Source: Azolla caroliniana (lineage: Eukaryota; Plantae; Polypodiophyta). From it: DNA of 64,000 bases. Made by a program: the position numbers and the translations under genes. The notes beneath the pieces are model-generated. The model was not told the origin of the DNA, ran no database searches, and saw nothing but the letters and a program-made list of their open reading frames with translations. Location: NCBI GenBank assembly GCA_043228905.1, contig JBHGNT010000016.1:18290001-18354000 (forward strand), in the 5' to 3' direction. Shown one piece after another: positions 50,207 through 60,471 of this stretch; position 1 is the first letter of the stretch; each line of letters opens with the position of its first letter.

Positions 50207-53200
50207 TCATGACACTATCCTCCCTTTAAAACGATGAGTGTCACGAGTCGTCTTGGATTGAGGACCCGGTTTGTGTGGATATTGACGATGGAAGTCTTCA
50301 AGAAGAGCACGAGCATTGGTCACATTCTCGATCGGTTCCCAAGTACGTTCACTGGGACTATAGCCTAGCCAATCGACTAGATAGTAGAGCTTGTTGCGAA
50401 CAATCTTGGAATCAAGGATGGCGGCAACCTCGTACTCCGGCCCATCTTCAAGCTCGATCGGGGGTGGAGGTTGGATAAGACGTCCTGGGATGGTGCTCTC
50501 ATGGTAGGGTTCAAGGAGAGAACTATGAAACACCGGATGTATCCGAAGTTGAGAAGGTAGATCAAGATGAAAAGCGACATCATTAATCTGTCCAATAATA
50601 CGGAAAGGACCTAATCGCCGATAATCCAACTTCTCACATGGGCGAGTAGTCTTGATGTGTCGTCGTAGCAGCCACACCCGATCTCCAATATTAAAACTGG
50701 ATGGAAGTCGATGGCGATCCGCGTAGACCTTGTGTGTTTGTTGAGCTTGCTGGGGATGAGTAGATAAATCCGCTTGTATCTTGCGTAACCGCTCCAAACG
50801 ATCCTCCACGCACGGATTTGTGGACACCTCTGGGGTTTCAAGTACACTCCACCGGGGGTGACATCCCGTATAAGCATAAAATGGCGTAACTTTGGTGGAT
50901 GCGTGGATAGAGTTGTTATAGGCAAATTCGGCGAAGTGGAGAATATATGCCCAGTCGTCCTGATGATAGCTGAGAAAGCACCGCAGATACTGCTCCAGCG
51001 TTTGATTTGTTCGTTCAGCTTGGCCGTCAGTTTGTGGGTGGTAGCCGGAGGAGAGGTTACAAGAGACCTTGAGCATGTTAAAAAGGTGCTTCCAGAATTT
51101 TGACACGAACTGGGGTCCACGGTCGTTGATGATACTATCGGGAAGTCCATGATGCCGACATACTTCATGCATGACAATTTCGGCAGTGTCTTCACTGGAG
51201 ATCTCCTTAGTACATGGCAAGAAATGAGCCATCTTCGTATATCGATCGACCACCGTTAGAATCGCATTGAACCCCTTAGAGACTGGAAGATCTGTGATGA
51301 AGTCTAGAGCAATGGATTACCACAGCTTGCTTGGAATTGGTAATGGTTCTAATAAACCATATGGATGATGCCTTGGCATTTTCGCTCTGCAACATGTATC
51401 ACAAGTCCGAACAAAATCCTCGACAAATTGTCGCATACAGGGCCACCAGAAGGATCGTTGTACTAAATGTAATGTTTTAGTACTACCAAAATGCCCAGCT
51501 GTATATGTGCCATGACAGTTTTGTACTACTCGAAGGCGGCAAGAACCATTAGGAACATACAAAAGTTCTTTAAAGAAGAGTAATCCATCATGGTTTTTGA
51601 ATTGCCGATAGTCCGTACCTGGTGGTTGCGACTGTGAACACGACCCTCGAGAGGGATCAATTTGTGCTAGTATAGCTTGGGCGAACGCATCTATCTTCAA
51701 GTCTTCACGTATGGTATCGATAACGCGGGAATCCATGGGCATGTCAAAGATCTGTGTTGCTTGTAGTCGTGTTGGTCCCAAGATGACTTGTTTTTGGTTA
51801 TCGAAAGCTGGCTCGCCGGGACGGGGTGCTAGATACGAACGTCGTGATAATGCATCTGCCTTCCCTTGGTGCTTCCCCGGACGATATGTAATTTTGAAGT
51901 CGAAACACGTGAGGAAGTGGGCCCACCGAGCTTGACGTTGATTCAACACACGAGCATCCTGAAAGTAGGCAAGATTCTTGTGGTCACTAAATACGATGAC
52001 TGGATGAGAGGATCCCTCCAGAAAATGCCTCCATTGCATAAAAGAATCCACTATTGCCAATAGCTCCTTATCATGAATTTCGTAGTTAATTTCGGCGGCG
52101 TCAAACTTGCGTGAGTGAAAAGCCACAGGATGTAGCTTCTCATCATTCCCCTGTTGTGACAGAATGCTCCCCAATGCAAAATCCGATGCGTCTGCTTCGA
52201 TAATGAATGCTTTTTCCGGATCGACATGAGCTAGAATTGGAGCCGATGTAAATGCCTTTTTAAGACTCTCGAAAGCCATGTCCGTTTCTTCAGACCAGAT
52301 GAACGGTTGTCCCTTCCTGGTAAGTTGTGTGAGAGGTAGAACGATGTTTGAGTAATCTTGTATGAACTTCCGTTAAAAATTGGCAAAGCCTAGGAAGCAT
52401 TGCACATCCCGCACCGAACGCGGAGTCTGCCATTCTACCACCGTTTTGACCTTAGCTGGGTCCATGGAGATACCTTCTGACGAAATGATGTAGCCGAGAA
52501 ATTCCACTTGGTTGTACCCGAAACTACATTTTTCCAGCTTTGCATACAGACCATGTTCTCGAAGTCGTTTTAGTACTAATAGTACATGAGAATCATGTTC
52601 TTCTTGGGTCTTTGAATAAACCAATAGATCATCCAAATAGATGATCAAACAATCATCCAATAGATCTCGGAATATATCATTAGCCATGTGCTAGAAGACT
52701 GTCGGCGCATTAGTGAGGCCGAACGGCATGACCATATACTCGAAGTGCCCATATCTGGTGCGAAACGCGGTCTTCCATTCGTCTCCTAGTCGGATCCGTA
52801 CGAGGTTATATGCTCCCCGTAAGTCGATCTTCGTGAAGAACCTGGCACCATTGATCCGTTCTAAAAGACTTGAGATAAGGGGAAGAGCATACCTATTCCT
52901 GATTGTAACCTTATTCAAGCCACGGTAATCTACAACGAGACGAAGCGATCCATCTTTTTCCTTGACAAAGAAAATGGGCGCGCTGGCTGGAGATTTCGAA
53001 TGTCGAATGAAACCATTTTCCAAATTCTCCTCGATATAGGCACGAAGGACTTCCAGCTCGGTTGGTGACAAATTGTAGATCGGTCCCCATGGTGGCTCTT
53101 TTCCCGGTTGTAAATCGATGGGGCAATCGTACGGTCGATGATGAGGAAGTGTGTTGGCTTGTACTTTATCGAACACATCGGCGTAATGACGATACTTGTC

Positions 53201-53796
53201 GGGAAGTTGAACGGTGGATTCTTCTTTAGTGGTGCTGGAGGGGTTTACTGATATTGCAAAGAGGAACATTTCCTCCTCGTGCCCTTCTTTTCGCAACTGA
53301 TGTAGCGAAATGGTTGCCATCTTCTGAGTTGACCCTTGGGTTTGTCGACACCAGATTTCTCTTGTTCTCCAATCTATGTCTGGGTTATGTAACTCGAACC
53401 ACAGTAATCCTAAAAATATAGGATGTTCTGGTATACTAATAATATTAAATGATACTACACATGCTAAGTTATTTAGGACAATATTAATGGGCTCTGACTC
53501 TTCTATGATATTTCCGGAAGCAATGGGACGTCCATCAATGACTACTACAGAGGCTGGACACTAGAGTTTTCTTAGGGATATCTTATGAGCTTGAGCAAAT
53601 TTCTTATCCATAAAGCAAGAGTTAGCTCCGGAATCTAGGAGTGCTAGGACATGTACTGGAGGGGTACTTTTAGTACTAACTATTACTTGGGCTACGAACA
53701 CATCACTAACTTGCTTAGAGGGAATGGAACCACTAATGGGCTGCACAGATCTAGGGCTGCCCAACCAAACGGCTCCTATTTTGGTTGGACTTAGTC
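50207..53796 (-). pseudogene. pol of chromovirus (PR, RT, RNaseH, integrase, chromodomain), with premature stops
   Basis: ALLDSGA, YLDD, EADASDFALG, NYEIHDKELLAI, GHFG..CDTC, DRGPQF, QTDGQAER, LGPF, and chromodomain EYEVAAILDS..YYLVDWLGY..TWEP. Confidence 0.95.
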
Positions 53797-54942
53797 GTTT
53801 AACTCTTCTTCTAACTGACTAAGGACATCAAATTTGTTCGCTAGATCTGGGCTATTAGTACTATTAGGACTATCAGATATCCTTACTAAAATAGGCTCGG
53901 GTTTAGTACAATTAGAACTAGCGACTATTTGGTTTACCTGTCTTCCTGGCCTATGGGGGCAATTTATTGCGATATGTCCTGGTCCACCGCAGTAAAGACA
54001 TAGTCGATTTGTACGGTGTCGCTGCTTTTCTTCTTCGGATAATGGCCCTCGACGACGTGTAGTGTCAATCTCCATCGGAGTCGGAGTATTCGCTGGAGGC
54101 GCATTATATGACTCCCTCGGAAAAGGTCTTGCTACCACTGAGGCGTAGGTGGGCTCTGATCTTGGCCTCGGCATCTGTAGCTATCTTTCCGAACGTCGCT
54201 CAAAGAGGCGGTTGTCACATCTCACCGCGCGACTGATTGCTTCTGTTAAGGACTTTGGCTCTTCGGGGAAGGTCAAGAGTAAATCCTTGACGTCGTTGCG
54301 TAAACCATAACGGAATTGCTCCATCAACGCTTGATCATCCCAAGGGATATCGGCGGCGAGTAGGCGAAAATCTGCAGCGTATGCGAAGGCTAGACGGTCA
54401 CCTTGGCATAATCGCCGAATTTTGTTGATTGCGGTCCTGATGCTGTCAGTATCTCCGAAACATGCTTTAAACTCACCTAGAAACTCTTCAAAATTGTTGA
54501 GTAACAGAGATTCCTTTTCTAATAGTGGAGCGAACCATGACAACGCTGAGCCACTTAACAAAGTGCCTACTAAACCCACTCGTGATGCATCGGTGGGGTA
54601 TCGGGAAGGATGCATTTGGATAACTAATCGTACCTGGTTAAGGAACCCTCTAAACTGCGATCGCGTTCCATCGAACTTCGTGGGAAGGCCAATCTTGGGT
54701 TCTTTATGAATCCCTTGTGTTCCGGAACCTTGTTGTTGCATCGCTACGATGGTTGCTTCGAGTTGTTGCACGCGTAACGCAAGTTCCCCATGTTGTTGTT
54801 GCGTTTGCTGCTTTTCTAAAGAGATTTGCTGAAGATCCACTAGCAACCGTTGGTTTTCTTGTTCCAAAGCATGGAACTTCTCCTTCAAGCATTGAAATTC
54901 CGAGAAAACAGATTGATATTCTTCAGTGCTAACAGTGGCCAT
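53791..54942 (-). pseudogene. gag of chromovirus (one internal TAG)
   Basis: Coiled-coil N-terminus, [35 protein letters not shown] knuckle. Confidence 0.93.
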
Positions 54943-55817
54943 GGGATGAAAGAAAAGAGGAATAAGAGATTAGTAGGAAATGAGAGAGATAGAAGGTAGG
55001 CAAATTGGTTCAAACTGTCAGGAACGGTATTAAGACAAAGAAGGAATTAGTACTAAACGAAGGATTAGTACTATGAGAGGTGTAGAACTTCTTCGAGAGA
55101 AGGAAGAAGTGAGCGAGACGGAGAGAAAGAGAGAGATCGAGAGAGGGAGAGAGTGATGATAAGAAAGATATGTATTATATGAAGAGAATATACAATGGTG
55201 GCTAAAAGGCTTAAGACTGGCGTTGAACCAATTTGGTTCAACATAATGCCTAGTGCCCTCTTTTATAGTGTTTTCAGGAGTAATCCTGAAGCTTCTAGAA
55301 TGTTCCAGAGAAATCTGGAATATACACTAATTTCCTATAATAAAATGTAAATGAAAATACGTATTACAATAGATGGTCTAATGGTCAAGAGCTCGATCCA
55401 TATAACTTAAGGTCATGGGTTCGAGTCTTGCCATATCATGACAGTTAGTCTCATAGGTCACGTTCCCTATTTGCCTACATAGGGACAGAGAGGGGGAGGG
55501 AGTCTGACAGGGAATTCGTGGATGTCAACCGACAAATCATAGTAGTCTACGGAGAGGGAGTCGTGGAGGGGCTTGGAGTTGAATTTGGACTCATCAGTGG
55601 TAAGGTTGAGGGGGTGGGAGTTATGAGGAGGAGGAGAAGAGTAGGAGGAAGTGGTACTGGTGTTTTTTGGATTTCTTCAATTTCTTTATTCCAAACCGGT
55701 TCCTAAACCGGTTTAGGGATCAATTCAGTTTGGTTCTGTTCAGGTTTGAGAACCCGAAAACGGTTTAGGCTTAACCGGTAACCGATTAAGCCTAAACCGA
55801 ACCGTTGCCGATTCGTA

Positions 55818-56300
55818 ATCACAATCCATCAATTTCTTATTTTAATGTCTTTGGTTGTGTTGCTTATGTGCATATTCCAAATCATCTAAGAAAGGTGGAT
55901 TCAAAATCCCAAAAGATGATATTTGTTGGATACAATTATTATCGTAAAGCTTATAGATTGTGGAACCCAACAAAGAAAGAAATCGTTATAAGTAGGAATG
56001 TTGTCTTTGATGAGACAATTCTTAAGGCTGAAGATGAAGATGATCTCAACATTACTTTTCCTTCTCCAATTTATTCTATTTCACCATCTCCATCTAGTAT
56101 TTCTAAATCTCCTATTTTTGAAAAAGATACTATAAATCATTTTAATCCATCTACCTCTCAAAATCCTATTCCAACCTAATCTCAATCATAACATCCTCCA
56201 CCAAGACAGTTGAAGTCTACTTTAGATGATACAAAATTAAAGTGGTTGAGATCTATGAAGTTACAAGATAGAGATAATCAACAAAGGTGCCATTGATACT
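55818..56300 (+). mobile_element. Ty1/copia integrase C-terminal fragment
   Basis: PSISYFNVFGCVAYVHIP..KVDSKSQKMIFVGY..KAYRLW..SRNVVFDE. Confidence 0.85.
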
Positions 56301-56339
56301 AAAGTTTGGATGGATTGTAATGCAACTGCCAACTCAGCA

Positions 56340-57900
56340 TTTGGAGGCGTATGGGTCATGTGATTCGTGGTTGTGTTGGTGTCTGAGACCCGTAAACGTG
56401 ATTATCTGAGAGCTTGTTCTTGGTTAGGACTGTTGCTCATTGTGCTCAAGTGGGGGTTTGTGTTCAACTCCTATTGGTTGTGTTGATGGTGCAATGTTGC
56501 CTCAAGGAGTGCAAGTTTTTGTTGTTCTCTTGCCTATTTCTCATTTCTTTCCGTCAATGCAACCTTAATGTCTTGAGTGAGTGCATCTAGTCAGTCACAC
56601 TTTGTGACTTGGATTGTCCATAACTCAATCTCTTGTTTGATAGCTCGAATTTCTTGCGTCGTATCCTAGATATGCCGTTCTATGTTTTGTCGGTCTTTAA
56701 TGGGACTTCAACAATGAGGGGGTGTGTTGAGAGGTACGTTGGTGGAGGGGCTAGGCGTGAGATGTATATTTGGTAATATCCCTAGGGTTAGCCATCCTCT
56801 GTAGTAGCGTGTGGGTTTGGATGTGGTGGCCTCTTGATTTGTTTCAGAATCTGTTCGGGCTATCTCATTTGGTGGTGTGGTCTTTGATTTGAAGTAATCT
56901 ATCCAATTCAAATTTCACATTTTTCTCTAGACTTTGGTTTTAGTTGAACACTGGTCCTTTTAACGCTCGTTCATGACTGTTATTGTTTAGGAATTTTTGG
57001 TGCCAACTTCAGGATTTTGCACCAACTAGCAAATTCAATGTGTTAGCTCCCTTGAATGTCGTTCAGTGACAATCACATTGGTCTTACTTTAATCTAAGTT
57101 CATTGATATCTTAAAGTGTCAGTCTTATTTCCGACAACGGCACCAAATAGTTATGTCGTTTCTATGTGTCACACAAAAGCACTTCTATAGATCGATGGAG
57201 TTTTACCCTCGTCGATGTTGTTGGCTTAGGATCCGGATGAGTGTATACCCTTTTCGTGGTGAATCGGGTGGAGGTAGTTGTTAAGTACCTCTGACCTACT
57301 AGCTTACTTAGCTCTATGCGATTAATATTAATCTCTCTCACACTTTCTCTCGCTTTACTCTCTCGTACACTTGAATCAAAGAAGTTAAAATGAAGAAAAT
57401 GTTTTATTATCAGCGGTCTTAGTACAAAGAGGTTGACCACCAACAAGAGAGAGAGAGAGAGATTAGAACTTGGTTTACTAACTATTATCACTAATCTCTC
57501 TTAGCTCTTAATTACAATTAGGAATATAGAAGAGGAGACTTAGAACTTTAATCAGTGTGATTAATATTAATCTCTCTCTCACTTTCGCTCACTTTACTCT
57601 CTCGTACACTTGAATCAAAGAAGTTAAAATAAAGACAATGTTTTATTATCAGCACTCTTAATACAAAGAGGTTGACCACCAACATGAGAGAGAGAGAGAG
57701 ATTAGAGCTTGGTTTACTAACCATTATCACTAATCTCTCTTAGCTCTTAATTACAATTAGGGAGATAAAAGAGGAGACTTAGAACTTTAATCACTAGGAG
57801 AAACTCTTAAGATTTGAGAATAAGTTATTATAAAAGATACTAAAAAGTGGCTTTCTTTAATGTCTTTTATAGCTTCTTCTTCTTTTCCATAAAAAATATC
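56340..57900 (-). mobile_element. 5' remnant of a second Athila-like element (LTR part, PBS, gag N-terminus)
   Basis: WIDYFK..YYRGWLTLGILPN..LNTPP matches the N-terminus at 31741. PBS TGGTGCCGTTGTCGGAA at about 57130-57146. The LTR shares GAGAGATTAGTGA with 30329-30894 and has a 239-bp tandem duplication. Confidence 0.8.
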
Positions 57901-58049
57901 CTCCATTGGTATTAAAATTAAAAAGGCCAAAGGCACTAATACAAATAGTATATAATATTGTTTGGCTCAACAAGTATAGATCATCAAAGAAAGGACCAAA
58001 GATAAGCGATGGCATTTGGCAAGATAGGGATAATTTATATCCATGAATG

Positions 58050-58712
58050 CAGCTCTCAACCTTTGTCAATAACACCTTTGCTACGATAAGCTAGGAGACC
58101 ACATATTTTTATAAGCTCTATCATCAATGCATTCCATGAGACCACATCTGTAGTTAGGAGCTTGTGAAACGCATCTTCTGCTTCAACAATCAAAACAAAT
58201 TTTGCATACATTTCAACTACAATATTTTTTATAAGAGTCTCTTTTTCAAGTCCTAATTTAACAATTTGACAATGTACCCTTTGCCCCTTATCAGGGGTCT
58301 AAAAAAACTTCATGTTACAAACAAAGGTGGCTGAACTTGGGGATACACCCTCTATTTGCATTTGGTTCCGCATATACTAAAGCTCTTCAACATAACCATA
58401 CACAATATATAAACAAATTCATGCAGTCCAAGAGAATACATTTCTTTTTGGTAATCATGCTCAACATGTCCTGAGATAAGTGATGTCCACTCGTTGTTGT
58501 CTCGCACCAGAAGCTCAAAGAATGTTTCTTTAAAGCATTGTAGTGCATTGTCATGAACACTATGTTCTACATAGCCTACAATAAGCGTGGTGTCCACTAT
58601 GTAGAAAGTGTCACAAATTGAAGTATGCCCATCAAAACCCTTTTCAACAATTTGAGCATGTTTTTTATAGCTTTTACAAAGTGAATGTGCATGGTTTACA
58701 CTAGGTTACCCA
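58050..58712 (-). pseudogene. Degenerate pentatricopeptide-repeat (PLS-type) gene fragment
   Basis: TTLIVGYVEH..NALQCFKE, LVRD..WTSLISGHVEH, GQRVHCQIVKLGLE..IVVEMYAK..EAEDAF. Stops and frameshifts are present. Confidence 0.7.
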
Positions 58713-59369
58713 CATAGATTGACATATTCGCATTCGTCAAGTTTCCCATTCGAATGCAAATGAATACGAATATGAATGGGTGGTCAAGTATTCGTTTAAC
58801 TAAAATAAAAATAAAAAAACTCTGTCTTTTTTAATTTCCTAGGATAAAAAAAAGGAACTTGACAATAAATAGGGATAATAAAAGAGGGACTTGGGGATTT
58901 GACACTACTAAATTTTTATAATAAATGTATAACTTATAAGTTATAAGTATTCGTTTTATTTTTAATAAATAAATAAAATAAAATAAAGGCTCATTAATTT
59001 CTCCCTTTTTATTCCCTCAAAATCTATGGATATTTTTATTTTGACATTAAAAATAGTACTTCAAACTAATCATATCTTCAAAGTTCATACTAATCATATT
59101 TGTATAATAAATATAAAAATATTCATTTTTTAAATTTTAATTAATTGATTGATTAATTAAAATAAGTTTCATAAACTCTCTTGACACTATAATTTATTAA
59201 TGAGTAATTGTTCTTTTTTGGTGAAATAAATTTATTTAAATAAATAAATAAATATTTTATATTTATTTTGCAAAACAAATGGTTTTCTAATTTTTTTGGG
59301 GTCATTTCGTATTCTCGAATATTGAGAATATTGCGCATGTCACGAATATCATGCATGTGTCAATCTATG
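58713..59369. mobile_element. hAT-type MITE (657 bp)
   Basis: 12-bp TIR CATAGATTGACA/TGTCAATCTATG, perfect 8-bp TSD GTTACCCA, AT-rich interior. Confidence 0.92.
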
Positions 59370-59808
59370 GTTACCCATTGGATTGCATTTCGTCCTGCTT
59401 GGTTTGGTCTATCCCCCTTTGCATAGGCTAGTTGCTTGTTGTTCCTTCTTGATGCACATATCTTCACGACCAATGTGCCACATGCCATCTCCTTAATAAA
59501 TACCAATTCGAAATCTAAGGATCAAGAGGTATGCATGGCAAGAGTGAGATTTAGACCCATGTCCTATAGGACCAACACATAAAACTATTGTCACGTCAAG
59601 AGTAGGATTTGAGACTATGCCTTTTAGGACCAACACCTAAAACTATTGTCTCATTACATGATCGAAACATTTCAAAACCTCCTGTGGAATGGCCATTGAT
59701 GTCAATGTAAACTGCCATAAACATACGTATTTGAACCTTTGAGAAATTAATTTAAATGAACATAGGAAATTATATCAAAATCTAAAGTCATTGGGAGATA
59801 TATATTTA

Positions 59809-59816
59809 TGTCAAGA

Positions 59817-59847
<31 letters not shown>

Positions 59848-59888
59848 ATACCTGAAACTGGCGCCTTAGACCGCTCGGCCATCTTGAC
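59809..59888 (-). tRNA. trnL-CAG: tRNA-Leu(CAG)
   Basis: GTCAAGA TGGCCGAGCGGTCTAAGGCG CCAGT TTCAGGT ATTGG TCCGAAAGGGC GTGGG TTCAAAT CCCAC TCTTGAC A. Full cloverleaf with variable arm; one G-U pair in the anticodon stem. Confidence 0.92.
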
Positions 59889-60392
59889 TTGATGGAAACA
59901 TATGAAATTCAAAATCTAAGGACAAGATATCCACTGGAAGAGTGGGATTTAGACCCATCTCCTATAGGACCAACACAACTATTGTCATCTTGTCTTGATG
60001 GAAGCATTTAAAAACCTCATCAAGAGTTGTCATTGGAGGCGATATGATAATATAAACCGTGATCGATATTCATTTGAAGAGCACAATTTGAATGCTTGAT
60101 GGAATCATTTAATGGCCATAGGAGTTAATATAGGAATCTGAAGTACGTAAAATATTCATGTCAAGAGTGGGATTTGAACCTATGCCCTTTAGGACCAACA
60201 CCTAAAACTATTGTCTCATTACTTGATGGAAACATTTCAAAACCTCTTGTGGAATATTCATTTGAGTCAATATGGAAATGTAAAATGTTGTAAACATTCA
60301 TTTGAAGAGTGGAATTTGAACCCTTGATAAATTAACTTGTATGGCCATAGCAGTTGATATCAAAATCGAAATTCATTGAGAGAAACATTTAG

Positions 60393-60471
60393 TTCTAGAG
60401 TGGCGTTTGAACCCACGCCCTTTCGCACTAGTACTTGAAACTGGCGCCTTAGACCAGTCGGCCATCTAGAC
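60393..60471 (-). pseudogene. tRNA-Leu pseudogene, anticodon changed to CAA
   Basis: Full-length copy of 59809-59888 with mismatches in the acceptor, anticodon and T stems. Confidence 0.75.

Larger units (their letters stand above)
49797..55443 (-). mobile_element. Full-length Tcn1-like chromovirus (Ty3/gypsy), 5.65 kb
   Basis: LTRs at 49797-50214 and 55016-55443. Perfect TSD GTTAG. PPT AAAGGGGAGGATAG. Domain order gag-PR-RT-RH-IN-chromodomain. Confidence 0.97.

Noticed and set aside
50141-50209. Functional tRNA gene in the LTR
   Set aside because: Acceptor, anticodon and T stems do not pair adequately; kept only as a Pol III-like cassette finding.
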